NCBI RefSeq assembly: GCF_000143415.4
Contig: NW_003314399.1
Location: 15,798-79,797, forward strand
Length of the DNA: 64,000 nt
DNA from: Selaginella moellendorffii
Taxonomy: Eukaryota; Plantae; Lycopodiophyta
Reading direction: 5' to 3'
Part shown: one piece after another, positions 34,711 to 48,600 of the stretch
Position numbering within the stretch: the first letter of the stretch is position 1
Layout of the letters: each line of letters opens with the position of its first letter
The notes under the pieces: model-generated
What the model was told of the DNA's origin: nothing
Seen by the model: only the letters and a program-made list of their open reading frames with translations
Database searches by the model: none
Translations under genes and position numbers: made by a program

Positions 34711-35806
34711 TGTCACGAATGAATGTGATTTTGGGTATCAAAAATTACTTATCGACTAGTTCTTACAACACTCTCTTCTTACTACCACGACAGGAAAAAA
34801 TTGGTATTATTAAACCTTTTATCAGTCCCTTTTGTTCAAATGTTAGTAAATTGGACTTTACATCTATATTTGGCCAAACGAACATAAGGACGGAATTCCT
34901 AAGTGTTTATTTAGCTAAGTATATTTAGCCCAGCTTATTAGTTCTCTTTTGCTCTATCTTGCATTAGTTTGACAAGAACCCTCAGGTATTGAGACTAATC
35001 CCTCAATATAACTAAATAATAGCTTATCGTATCTATCAAACACCCTCTTTATTTTATGTTAATCTTATTCTGGTCCCAAATGCTATTTATGGAAAGCATT
35101 TAGATTTGCTCATTTGGCATATCTATGGAATGTAAAGATTGAATGATGTTCGTCCCATGTCCAAATTCACAATTTAGGGACATTCTATATTTAATTTCAA
35201 GTTTGTTCCAGAGACTAACTCCTGGTACTAAAGGTGAAAACCCAAAACATATGTTCCTCAAGGAGGGGGTGGGGGTTCCAAATGTACCAACTATATAGTA
35301 AGGGTAGTGGGTAAGTCGGGTATGGCTGACCAACATGAGATATAGTCTAGCTCCCGCTTGCATGCCTGTTTTTGTTCTGCATCTGACTTGGGTCTAAGCC
35401 TAAGTTCCATACTATACTAGTTGGTGGAGCACCCATATCCTCATGTTAGGCCACCAATATGCTAAAATAGCATCAAACTCTGTCTGGCTCCGTTTTGCAT
35501 ATTGGTCTTGACATTAGGATGTTGGATACTCTATGACTGTTCTAAGTCGCTTCGTACTCTTATCCCTTCGCTCCTTGGGTTGCATGCTTGAGAGTTACTC
35601 CATGTTTTAGTATCTTCACTCCTTGGCTTCATGCTTAGGAGTTTGACACAGTTCTTTCATTTAGTGGCCTAAGGCCCTAAAACTTGGGTTCCGCACCATT
35701 GTCCTTTAGACACATGGCATGTGACATGTGGTACATGGAGGGTTTAAGTTTTGTTCCATGATGGTAAATCACTATAGGATAAAGGGTAAAAACCATGTGT
35801 GTTACA
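34711..35806 (+). mobile_element. Solo LTR, family B (copy 1)
   Basis: TGTCAC...GTTACA termini; homologous in reverse complement to 54769-55916; flanks atgaa/atagg may be a decayed TSD. Confidence 0.8.
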
Positions 35807-36719
35807 ATAGGGCATCACTGAGCCATCGAAACAATCACCTACTCATCCTCGTTTCCATCTTGCCAGCAACAGCAAAAGCTAAAGCCTAACAATGGCAATG
35901 GTGGATTTAAGAAAAATGTAGCTCTAGCCTCTCTAGCTTTGCTATGATCTTGCTGGTGGTGGTGAATTTGGAGGCTTCATCCTCATGGTGATAAAGTCAG
36001 CCTCACAACACCAGTAAGCTGGCTCAGCCCCAACAAAAAGTACATGGAGTTGTCAACTAAGGGACATGCCAAATCATCTCTCAAAGAAAAAAAAAAGAGT
36101 TTTCCATTTGCCTTGCAGGCAGGGACAAGGTTGACCACCCACTCTGAGTTCTCCAAAGGGTAAATAAAGTTACATGTTAAGTTTTCCAACATTGATCTCA
36201 TGGATCAGCACAGCAAAAGGACTCTCAATGGCAAGGATCCTTTTTCAAGTTTGTCATTCTTCGGACTAGTGGGGTTTTCATGAAAGACCAGCTTGAGTTG
36301 GAGCTGGAGAACCTCATCAACTATGGCATGTTCCAGACCATGGAGATGGAAGGCATCACTCAGGCTGATGAGACTATGAAGATCAACATTAACTTTGTTG
36401 AGAGCCTGGGAAGCAAGAAGAATAGTACAAGAAGTGGGTGAGGAAAGCTAGGAAGTGCATGCTACCGAGAAGGATCAAGCAAGAAATTTCAGGCTGGCTG
36501 TCCATCGAGTCTCGTGTCATTGCGAGAATGCTGCAGAGAATTCGAGAGAGAATGCAGAAGTGGTATCACGATATGCATGTGTTCAAGTCGTCAACTTCTT
36601 CCTTTTAGTATGCAGCACAAAATAGGGCTTATAGCATATTCTCTTAAAGAATTTCTGCTCTTGAATTTCTATTCATGGGTTTCTGTTCCAATTCTTCCTG
36701 TTGCTCTTCCTCGTAGGAG

Positions 36720-36969
36720 GAGGAAGTGAGCAACGGTCGAGCTAGTATCAGAAGCTTCGGGTGACAGCAGCAAGCAAGCAAGATGGAGCTGGCACTAGCA
36801 GCACCAGCAGTAGCAGCGGCGGAGGGGCCTACCATTTCACAATCAGGGGATAATTTGCTGCCCAAATCTGGAGCAGCATTACTGCAGAGGATGGGAGTCT
36901 TGGACAAAGATAAGGAGATTAGCACTAACTCTAGTCCAACAAGGTCTCTGATAGAGAACCATCTCAGGA
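36720..36969 (+). pseudogene. Inverted fragment of the OVATE gene 5' end
   Basis: PKSGAALLQRMGVLDKDKEIS...SLIENHLR matches 30045-30325 of the OFP gene. Confidence 0.9.
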
Positions 36970-36984
36970 CATCATTTGTATGTC

Positions 36985-38832
36985 TGTGATGTCCCTTTCC
37001 ATTACTTCATAGACTATTTCATTCATATTGGTTCTTAGTAGCTTTATGCACAGCAGCTTAGTGATAGTGATCCAAAGTGGGAATTTTGTTCCCAATACTA
37101 TATTGTGAACAAGCTTGATTTTCTTTTTTCTTTTATTCTTTTAAAATTTGTGTTGTATGTCAATTAACCCAAAAACCCTAGCTTATATACAGGAGTGAGT
37201 GGTCTGGATTGAAACCACTCCGACAGCTACCAAAATCCCACTATACTAATATTAGTATATGGCATCGTAGCTATACACTTAGACCTCACATCATCCTCTT
37301 CTCTCGGAATAATGGAAGACCATCAGGGTGGGATTTAGAGGAACATTAAGAGGAGGCATTGGTGGATATGTAAGTGGTACCAATTGTTCCTAATCACTTT
37401 GTACGAAGTGTTTCAACCACTGTATATGCATAATTTCTAGAGGATTGGCTTGCTAGATGTTATGCCGAACCTCATAAACTTGCGGTCCAACTTACTGCAA
37501 CATCCAATACGGTCCTTTCCACTGAGCAAAGAGCCTTTAGATAAACTACATACTGTAAAATGGGGAAAATAGACTAACACCAACTTATCCACTTTATACT
37601 CCATATGTGGACAATAATGGGAGTTGTAGCGGCATTGTTGTCCCACTTTTACGTGGCCCAAGTGTTCAGTAAACTCTATTTGGACAAGTGAAAGAATGCT
37701 TGTCAAATATTGATCCTACAACCTAACATCGGTAACTCGTGGTAATTGTGAAGTTAAACTCAACTCCGTTGGTAATATTAGATCATGACCATATAAGAGT
37801 TTATATGGTGAAGCACCAATAGAACTCTGCACCTTTATGACATATGCATGCCGAAGAAATAGTAAATAACCATCCCAATCCGAATGTTGAAAGTTTACAT
37901 ACTTTATGATCATCCCTTTGAATATCTGAATGAGCTGTTCCACCAAATTATATGTTTGTGGATGATAAGCACTCATGAAAGCATGGCATATCCTCAATCA
38001 AGATGTCAAAACATGAAATGCCTTAGCCATAAATGTGGGACCATTATTTGAAAGAATCTGCTCTAGATAAGAATGCTAGAACACCACACAATTAAGAAGG
38101 AAGTACCTAATAACAATTGTAAAGGCACTAGCAAGAGCATGAACTTCCACTCAGCGAGTCAAGTAGTCAAAAGTAATAATAACATACTTATTGCCAACAG
38201 TCGATCGTGGAAAAGCTCCCATAAGATCAAATACCACCAACTCAAATAAATGAGAAATTGCAATTGACTCCAACCATCTTTTTGTGGCATGAGGGGGAGT
38301 ATTATGAGCATGGCACCAAATGTAACTATGCACATACCAGATTACATCATGTTGCATTTTCGGCCAATAGAAAGACTTGTGCAGCTTCTTGGTCACACGA
38401 TGATGTCCCATATTCCCACTTAGAATAGGAGAATCATAGTAGGTATGGAGAAACCATGGAATAAATATTAAAGGCACCACTAGTTGTAAATGATCATCAT
38501 GATTTGTCCCTACAAAATAAATAAGGTCGTCTTCAAAACGATATTGAGAATGTAAATGTCGGAATGACAAGTTATTAGCAAGTGATGCAGGATTTTTAAA
38601 CCCATCTCAAACCTTCGAGTCCATGGCTCAATCTTTTGAGCCTCACGAACCTCATCAAGAGAAGGTAAATCTTGTTTTACATCTTGTGGACACTAAATGT
38701 CAAATACAATAACTTGCTAAACACTCCTTCTTTATCGTGGAGTGATTTGCCTTCGTTAGTTGTAATGTACAGTTTATATATACAATGAGATGGTGCTAAC
38801 CAAGCACAGTTTGGGGTTTTGAGAAACTTCAA
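36985..38832 (-). mobile_element. Decayed Ty3/gypsy element D: RNase H end, integrase, PPT and 3' LTR (36985-37290)
   Basis: HHCC region FYWPKMQHDV..YV, rve FDLMGAFPRSTVGNKYVIITFDYLTR, AYHPQT; PPT gagagaagaggatga followed by TGTGA...TCACA LTR. Confidence 0.85.
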
Positions 38833-40792
38833 GAGGCCGTGCTCCCAGTGGAGATCCAGGTGCCATCACTCTCACTTTCACTTTGATATGCAACAGCGAT
38901 GCAGCTTAGCGATGAGGACAAGCTTCATGCACGTGACTTGGAGGTTCTTGCCTTGGAAGAACAGCGACAATCCATGACTGAACATCTCCTTTGAGGCAAG
39001 TAGAAGATCAAGTCAGTCATCGATCACCAGCGGTCTGCCGAACCATTCGAGGATGGCGATCTCGTTCTACTCAAGGAGTTCACGCCACCTTCGAAGTTCT
39101 CCCCTCGCTGGACCGGCCCCTACTTTGTCCAGCGACACATCGGAGGTGGAGCATATATGCTAGTTGATGCTGATGGACATGAGCTCCCACACGCTCACAA
39201 TCACTCTCATCTCAAACGCTTCATCCGGTGAGGTGTTCCTCTTCTCTTCTTTTTCTTTTTCTTTCTCTTCCTTTCTTTCACTTTACTTTCGTGGCTACTT
39301 TTCTTACTTTTAGAGGATGTTTCTCCATTGGACAATGGCCCATGCCTTGGATTTCGTGCTCAGGCTACATTGCCGTTTGTATGGAGGTTCCTTGCTTGGC
39401 TTAGTCTATGTTCCAGGTTCTTTGGCCCTTCCCTTACCATTACTACACCCCACACATTCTCCTCACTCATTCCATATCATCTACACTCACAATTCCATTA
39501 CCAATCACTTCCAACAGTGTTGCCCAGACTTATCTCTAGATGCCCATCTTGCATCTTTCATTCTTTCACCATCACCTCACATCTCCATTTGAGGTCACGT
39601 TTACACCATACCACAGACACACATACGTGCACTAGCAGCAAAAGACACCACCTCATTTGGACGTGCCGTTTCTGAGATGTCCTTATGACCATTTGCCGAC
39701 GATGCACTAGCTTTTCTGGAGCGACTTTCTTCCAACTAGGTGAACCTGTTCACCTAGGTGGATCTTTAGGCGAGGCCACAGAAGCCAAAGCCACTTTCTT
39801 CTGCTCCAGCACTCAGTGGACACATGCCACCTCCCTTCACCGGCAACCCAGCGACTACGCCGTCCTTTTCAGCTGCTATCTTCTTCAGTCCGACACATCA
39901 GACTGGCCACCTTCTCAGAGTGCCACCCCATCTCAGTGCTCCGCCGTATCACTCCACCATATCGGTGCTGGAGCAAGCGCAGGAGTAGGAGCGAGAGTAG
40001 GTGGTTACCGGTTACTGATTACAAGTACTCGGCTACTGGTTACCGATTACCGGCTACTCCGAGTGGTCAGTGCTTACTCTACGGGCCAACGGTTATCAAT
40101 GGCTACCACTTCAGAGTGCCACCACCATCTCGGCGCTCCACCATATCACTCCATCTTTCATCATTTCCTCACTTACCACCCTTGGGCAACGCATCCCCTC
40201 TTCTACCTCTCTTTCTTTCTCAATTTCGGCCAATCCTTGGAGCATACCGGAAGTCATCAAGAGGCTGCATTTGCATATTACACTTTCCTGAGCCGAAATC
40301 CAGGTACGGGTTAAGTTCTTTGGGTACTCACACTCTTTTTCCCCTATTTTTCCTCCTCTTTTCACACTTTTTCTTCACTTTTTCTTCAACTTCAGGGTCC
40401 AGTTTGACTATAGGGTTTCCCACCGGGTTTTCTCCCTGTTTCCAAACTTCACACCTACCTCTTTTCTTTCTTTTCCACTTTGTTTTCTAGAGTTTCTACT
40501 ATTTCACGCAGCTACCAGCACTCGGCATCAGTAGCAGCAGTACACTCTACACTCTTCAGAGGGTTCACGTGCGTCTGGAGCCAACACGATCCACCGTGGT
40601 CGCATGTTAGGGCGTAGCCACCGAGAGAGTGAGAGAGAGAGAGGGAATATTCTGGTCCTCAGAATATTCCCCATCTTCCTTGTATAAAACCCTTGCCTCA
40701 CAAGGGCAAGGGGGGGCATTTTTGCAGAGAGCAGTGAAGCATTTCTCGTGTTTGAGCGAGCGTTGGGGGAGGCACCCCTCCTTCCCCCAACA
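38833..40792 (+). mobile_element. 3' part of the Tat-like element (integrase C-terminus, 3' region, 3' LTR 40605-40792), inverted relative to its 5' part
   Basis: EAVLPVEIQVPSL...FEDGDLVLLK...KFSPRWTGPY...HNHSHLKRF*; LTR nearly identical to 52387-52576; TSD gaac. Confidence 0.92.
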
Positions 40793-43700
40793 GAACCTCA
40801 CAAGGACCTTGTCCTTGTTTTATCCATAAGATCACCTAGTAATCTCACCATGGCAACTTAATAGATTTGCTAATAGGTACTAGGTCTTCTAGACTTTTAA
40901 GTTGTTGACCATGACCCTAGGGGCATCCCCCACACTTGGCGGTGCACCCAAGTCAACCCTTTCGGCTAAGGGTCCATAGCAATTGAAACTAGGTGTCCCC
41001 ATCTCATTCACTACGTCCTTAGTGCCACTTGCACTAAAGTGTTCAAGTTAGATATGCCGAGTTTTCACACTAAGCAATTTAACCGTGCATCACAACTCTG
41101 GAGCATCCCCTGCTTAGCGGTGTGCCCAAGCTAGTCTCCTTACTAAGAGTCTATAACCACCAAAAAATGAGTGTCCTCATATTCCAAACCGTCACTATGC
41201 CTTAGTGAGTTGGGACTCGAACCCAAGCACTAGAGGGTCGGGACTCAAACCTAACCTCCGTATATGCATCTATAGATGGCATCATCCAAGATGCTTGGCA
41301 TGATTCCTCACGCCAGTGCACCATCTTATACTTAAAGTGTGTTACAAATCACAACTTAGGAACTTAGTTCCTCCACACTGCCAAGTCCTCTCACTTGACA
41401 AATCTGTAATCATGCATAGACTCCTCTATGCTTGGCCTCATGGGCCGCCCCTTTTGAAGTTAGCACTTTCAACTAAGGTATTTGTTCCCCCAACTTGCCA
41501 ATCTCACCTAGTAAGTCATCCAACCACTGTAACATAGTTCATGCATAAGCGTGAAAGTCCTTAACCATTGACTTTCGTTCAAAGCCCTCTCTTTGAACAC
41601 TCGGGAACTACTTCCCTAATCTTGATAGCCTTGCCTCATGGCAAGTTTCAAGATCGCGCTTTTGTTGTGCCACTTTGATTTCACGTACACTATGAACCAT
41701 TTACCTTTGGCTTTCTAGGTATTTATCTACCTAGAATTGTCTTTGGGAACCTTCAAGGAACTTTTTGCTAAGGCCTCTCCTTTTTACAAGCTTTTTAATT
41801 ACCATATAGTCTAACATGGATAATTCTATATTTTAAACTCTCCATGGTATCACGGTTGCTAATAACAACTTGCTCAAGCCCCCACTTGATTTTTCACTCC
41901 TAACTTGCATAACCACCCTTGGTTATGCCCTTTGATTCCTATAGTTCAGTTCTATCCCTTTACTACTTGCTTTTTGGCCTCATATGTTTCCTTGTGATAT
42001 TCTCCTCTAGACTAAAAGGATAGCTTTGCATTTTCTACCATGTTTTAGCAAATATTCATAGGGATGAACTTACCTGATAGCCTAGGGAGTGGTTCCTCAA
42101 TCCGGGTATGCTCACCTTGTAATCTCACACATCGGGATTAATATTGCTACTTATGGGCTTTTATATGCCCATCACTAGTCTTGTCAAAATTCTTTTTTGG
42201 CTTTATCCAATTCGGGTAAATGGACTTTTCCCATCTCTGCAACCTTGGATGTTTGGATAACACCTCTTATCCATCATTGCTAGGGACTTAGTCCCTTGGG
42301 CCTTATTTAATGCCCTCATAACACCAAATACCACTTTCTGGTGTTTTAGAGTGTTTGGGTGTCCCAATAATGGCCTTCTTTGACAATGAGCATTCTCTTT
42401 CCAACATTGACTTACTATATCGCAAGCAATTTATCCCTTATAAGGGTTATGTTTAACTTCCTTATCCCAATAAGGTAGTTACCTTCTACTAGTTTAATCC
42501 ATTATTTTGCACCTTTTGCTTAGTTGTCTCATAGTTTTCAAGTTCTACAACTCATTGTTGGTGCTTCCACACCTCCATTATTATTTGGTCACCACACTTT
42601 AATTGCATATCTTCCAGCTTAAGCTATGCCATTCTCATTTCCCTTAGGATTCATTTGGGAAGGGGTTCTTATGAATCGGCCAACTTGACCTCAAGGCATC
42701 ATGCTTTGGCACATTTGGTGTCTTCACACCATTAGCTCCATAAACCTACTTTCATGACACTTCTTACTTGTGTTTAGGTCTTTGCCAAGACCAATACAAT
42801 TGTCTCTTATGCCAATTATTCATTAGTACTGCATCATAGAATTTAGACACAACTTTGTGTCAAAGTTGTTTTCTTCTGGGAACCTTTTTCCCACAACTTT
42901 AGCATGGCACATTCTGCCATCAATGAGATACCCATTATTCTCATATTTGGATCTTATGATCCTCTCCATTCTTTGTGGGCAAAATGCACCTTAGTCCAAA
43001 TGCTTCTACCAATCCCGTAGGATTATTCCTTGACTCTACTTGAGTCATTCAGCTTTTTGGACTTTGCTAATCTGATGACCTATAAGGTTCTACTTTTGAG
43101 GTGCCAGCTCGATACAACTTCTTGTATTCATGTCCTACTCATAAGGTTCATCTTTGCAAGTGTTACTCCAACACTTGATTATTTTTCGTTCTCTATGGGC
43201 TACCTTTGCATCTTAAGACTATCCATCCATATGATGAGAATACCGACTCATCCTTTGAGCACACCCCCAACTCTTTGGGTTTGTTCCAGCATTTATAAAA
43301 GGGTAGCCTATCCACCACCTCACCTACAAGTTGACACATGAACTGTAGTGGAGAGCCATGTCTTCCTGACCTTCTACTCCTAAAAGATAGACCCACTCCT
43401 AGGACCTTCCAATGCCAACACTAGTGGTGATATACTTGAGCACCAATAAAAGTCAGACTAAAGAACAGCTCTGATACCAAATTGTAAGCGACTAATTTTC
43501 CATTCTACTTTAGTCACTTAACCAAACCTCTGACCATTTAGAGGAGTCTCATTTACAACCTCCATAAGTCCCATTTAGGACTTAGGGCTTGCTAGCCCTG
43601 AGAATGGCATCCATGCCACTCAACCTTTGCACTTGGTCCAAGTGCTCCACGTATCTGATCCTATGATCAACACCCTAAGGTACCACTAACATATCAACCC

Positions 43701-45050
43701 ATTATGCTAAGGCCATGCCCATTCACCTTGGTCATACTAGTGGTCCGACATCACTTATATCATAGTCCCGTCTCTTACAGATTGGGCCATCCGTCCATGA
43801 GTGATCATCTTAAATCCACTCCTTAGCATCTTTAGGATGCCTACAGATATGGGTACAACCTTCCCCAATATCCCTGTTATAGTCCCCACCAAGTCCCTTT
43901 TCTGTCCATAGCCGTGTTCACCAATACTACCACTGGGATAAGGCCCACAAGCCCGACCACTAAGTCTCATTGTTCTCTAGGACTTCCTCACCACATGACT
44001 GTATCCTTGGTCACTATACCAGAGGACTACTATTTTTCCTTTCCACAGTCTGGGACTTTGGGACAACATTTCTGAACATTGTACCCCTACGTAAGCCTTG
44101 TGGGTACTCTCCCCGCCTTCCACCTTTGGGTGCTTTAGCCATGGGATTAGAGTGAGGTTCCATTGAGCCACGCTAAATATCCAAGTAGGTAATGCCACCC
44201 ACACTTGGACTGGGAGCATCGACCATTCGATCTCTCAGGGGAACTAGAGCTGGCTCTTGAACACTTCACCAAGCTACCCCGCTTGTCGGTCCGTATTCAC
44301 TTTAGCCTTGGACTTCCCAGTGGTTATTTCATCACCCAGCACTTAGGTATAGCCTTCCTAGGCCAAACTAGCCTTTCCTGGCCAAACTGACTCCACTAGG
44401 GTCCAACCCCCACACTCTCCCTACTATACTTTTGGAACCCCTTGCAGCTTCCCCCCTTGGGGAATGATTGCTTTGGGCTTTCACCCAACAACTTGTATTA
44501 GTATTCGGATTTGGACTTGGACTTGGACTCGGTCTTGGTCTCGGATTCGGACTTGGACTCGGTCTTGGTCTTGGTCTCGGTCTCAATTCCATCTTGGACT
44601 CCATCTCAGGTCCATCTCGGACTCCATCTCGGACTCCATCTTGGACTCCATCTCGGGTCCATCTCAGGTCCATCTCCGACTCCATCTCGGGTCCATCTCG
44701 GACTCCATCTCGGGTCCATCTCCAACTCCATCTCGAGTCCATCTCCAACTCCATCTCGGGTCCATTTCGGACTTTATCTTGGGTCCATCTTAGACTCCAT
44801 CTTGGGTCCATCTCGGACTCTTCTACATATCATGTGTTGGTCCTCTTATGTCCTTTTTCTAGAGACTCACTAATTGCTCACTGTGTGTTCGTTCCTTAAG
44901 CACTTCATTGGGAGTTTCACCCCCACTCTTGACTTTTCAAGTTGAAACTTTTAGTCCAAATGTGTTACGCTCATTTGGCTTCTACCTCAGCCACTACCAT
45001 GTGGCATCCTTTCGGCTCCCCTGTGGGGCCTAGGGATTTTGTGTCTCACA
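40793..45050 (-). mobile_element. Family A LTR element copy 1, 5' part (5' LTR 43483-45050, tRNA-iMet PBS 43468-43479, decayed internal region)
   Basis: TGTGAGAC...GCTTACA LTR followed by TGGTATCAGAGC on the minus strand; internal region matches 59915-60420 and 62190-63908. Confidence 0.9.
44505..44820. repeat. 6-mer and 11/12-mer tandem array inside the family A LTR
   Basis: (ggactt/ggtctt)n followed by (ggactccatctc/gggtccatctc)n. Confidence 0.95.
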
Positions 45051-45054
45051 ACTA

Positions 45055-45265
45055 CACCATTGCAAGCGTTGTTGAAGTCATTAACGTCATCTTTTATTTA
45101 ATCTATGAATTGTGAGCAGACATTCATGGATCTCAAAGAGCTATTGACAACTCCCTTGATTTTGGCGTATCCTAACTACACTCGACCTTTCATTTTGCAT
45201 ATAGATGCTTATGATATTGGTCTTGGAAATGTGTTTATGCAAGAGAGTTTGAGTGTGCTGATGGC
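45055..45265 (+). mobile_element. RT-connection/RNase H fragment of gypsy element D, displaced by the inversion
   Basis: PLQALLK...CEQTFMDLKELLTTPLILAYPNYTRPFILHIDAYDIGLGNVFMQE. Confidence 0.8.
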
Positions 45266-45690
45266 ATAGAATCCTTGTCTAGAAAATCCATAAATGTTGG
45301 AATAACAGACTTATCAAAAACATGAGAAGAGAGCGAAGAAGAAAGAGGAGCTCGAGAAAGGGCATCATCATCAGCCATAGAACTCTCTAAGCGATGAACA
45401 ACATATAAATAATATATTTAAAGCTTCAAAGCCCACTAAGTAGTACAACCAACCAAGTTCTTTAACTTTAATAATGAGGTAATGGCAGCATGATCACCTT
45501 CCAGTAACGTCTCAGAACCATGTAAATATGCAGTCCCATAGACAAGGGAGAATGGGGTCGCAAAGATGGATGTCTTGAAGGATGTCCAAAAGGCCCACAA
45601 CGCTGTAACCAAGTGCTCGTGCCAACGCCTTAGGTGATCCTCCACAAGCTTTGAGATGACTGTCTTCAATATCTTGTTGCTGGACTCCGC

Positions 45691-48600
45691 CTAGCCATTG
45701 CACTCAGGATAATAGCTGCTGCTCTTCACATGCTTGACCTGCAACTGCTGGAGAAGACGCTGCATCACATATCCAAGGAAGCCGCTGCCACGATCAGAAA
45801 CCAAAACTGCGAGAACTCCGAATCGGCAAATTATGTACTCGTAGACAAACTTTGCTGTAGACTGTTGATCTGCTTGTCGCAAAGGGGTGGCCTCGACCCA
45901 TTTTGTGAAATAGTCCGTCGCCACGATGATGTATCGCTGTCCTTTTGAGCTTGGTGGGTTGATCGGGCCAACGAAGTCAAGTCCCCACTGGAAAAAGGGA
46001 CCCGGAGAAGTGATGATCTGGAAAGGAAGACATGGAACATGGCTCTGGGGGTTGAACCGTTGGCACTGCTCACATGACTTTGCATAGGCCAAGCTGTCTT
46101 GGTGAATCCGAGGCCAAAAGTAGCCATGACGCAAGAGAAGCTGTGCTGTAACCTGTCCCGAGAAATGCCCCGCACAAGAGTGGAAAGCGCGAAGGAGCTC
46201 AGGGACCTCGTGTTCCCCCACACACCGCAACAAAACTTCCTGAGAAGTCCTCCTGTAAAGGTGTTCATCAAGAAGGCAAAACCCCCGTGCTCGGATCTCC
46301 AATGCCTTTTGTTGTACTGGTGAGGAATCTGCTGGGAACTGACCTGAATCCAGGTACACCACAACATCCTGTAATGCTGCTGGGACCACAAAGGAGGTAG
46401 CTTCAGCAACCAGGAACTCGCTTGGATCCATCACACGCTTCCGCCGCATGTGAAAAGTTGGTTGGAACTCTTGGATGGTCACAATCCAAGATAAAGTACG
46501 AGGACTATGAACCGGTCGCTGTAAAAGAAAGGTCAGCACATTAAAATAGACATGGAAATGGATACGGGCTCCAGCGAGAAAGTGACGGAATCGCTCCAAG
46601 GTGTAAACAACAGCCACTGCTTCTTTTTCCGCATCCACATATTTCTTTTCAGTCTCCTTGAACGAATGTGAGGCATAATATGTTGCATGTGGTGGCTTGC
46701 CAGGCTGTGAACATTGGCAAAGGCATACTCGAAAAGCCTCTGTACCCATTGTGATGTAAATGTCAAAAGGAAGTTGTCGTTCTGGTGGTTGGAGTACCGG
46801 GGCTATGCGGAGTGACTGCTGTAGTGATTCAAAGGCTTGTTGTTGGGACTCACCCCAGATAAATGGAACACTGTGTTGTAGCAAAGCTACCAGAGGCCGT
46901 GAATGTGCAGCATAGTTGTGGATGAAACGGCGAAAGAAACCCGTTTGCCCAAGGAAACTGCGAAGCTGCTTCAAGTTGGTTGGTGGGTTCCAATCCAGAA
47001 TCTCCTGAGCCTTGGCTACCTGGGGTTTGATCCCATCCTGAGAGACGTCAAAGCCCAGTAACCGGCCTTCGGTTACCCCGAATTTACACTTTGCCGGGTT
47101 CAATGAAAACCTGTGGTGTCGGCAGCGAGTGAAAACCTGTTCCAAGTGCATAAGATGATCCTCAAAGGAGTCCAAGGTCATGCACAGATCATCCATATAC
47201 ACCCTCAAGGTGCCTCCAATCAAGTCGTGAAAGGTGTGGGTCATAAAGTGCTGAAAAGTAGCTCCGGCGTTACACAAGCCGAATGGGAGGACATTGAAAG
47301 CAAAGACGCCCCAAGGTGTCCGGAAGGCCGTAAGATCTCGATGATCTGGATGAATGAAGATCTGGTTGTACCCTGAAAAGCCATCCATGAAAGAGTAGTA
47401 CCGGTGGCCAGCCATCTCATCCACAATCGCATCGATAAACGGAGTTGGAAAGTGATTTTTAGCAGTTGCCTTGTTCAAGTCTCGAAAATCAATGTAGAGG
47501 CAGAGTTTTCCATTTGCCTTGCGTGCAGGGACGAGATTGGCCACCCACTCTGAGCTCTCCAAAGGGTAAATAAAGCCGGCTGCCAGAAGTCGCTCGATCT
47601 CCAACTTCATCTCTGAGTGAGCTGCCGGGCTGAAACGCCGCATTTTTTGACGGACTGGTTTGGCTGACTCTGAAAGCATGATATTGTGCATGATTGTGTC
47701 CATGGGAACTCCTGGGAGCTGGCTGTAGTCCCAAGCAAACACGTCCTTGAAACAGTGAAGGAGATCCAAGAGCTTTGCTGCGTTTGTTGAAGCAAGCGAT
47801 GTGGCAATAAAGACCGGGTCCTTGTCATCACCTAGAAAAACGCCATGAACCCTGGAGTCTGGAGAAACCTTGGTTTCAGGAGGCTCTATCTTTAATTCTT
47901 CCCTGACCCTGGAAACCGAAGAGCAGGGAGTGCCTTTAGCTTCTCGCATCGTGGTGATTGCTTGGTGTGATAACCTGTCTGCCCAAAAGTTTTCTTCACG
48001 GGGGACACTTTGAAAAGACACCTCAGAGAACTCATCCTTCAGGTTGACCGCCCGCTGCCATAGCTCTTTCAGGTTCTCTTTGCAGACTTGGTATTCTCCA
48101 GTAAGTTGGCGTATGATGAGTTGTGCATCTCCAATGAAAGTGACTCGCCTAAACTTGAGGTTTGTGGCCAGCTTCATGGCACTGATGGCCGCCAAGTACT
48201 CTGCTTCATTAGCTGATGTTGCTGGCAAAGTGATAGAGAGGTCAGCTACTTTGTTCTCCGCAGAATCAATCATCCAAACTCCAATGCCGGCAACCTGGTT
48301 TTTGGGGTAGAAAGCACCGTCAAAATAAGCTGTAATCATAGGAGTGGCCTCTTCCTCAAATAAAGATGCTGGGGACACTACATCCGGCAAGACCGTCTCT
48401 GGTAAGTCTGGTAAGAACGTTGCTGTTGGATCCGGAGTCTTTGTTTGTGGTTCTCTTTGCTTCTGATGCTCTAAGTGCTCGATGTCCAATGCAAGGACTG
48501 CAGCCAGGTACTCTGCAAGGGAAGGAAGATCCTCCACCGAAGTCCAGTCCAAGTCTGGTGCTAAAGTTTCAGTGTAATACCCTTGGATTTGTACTGAGGG

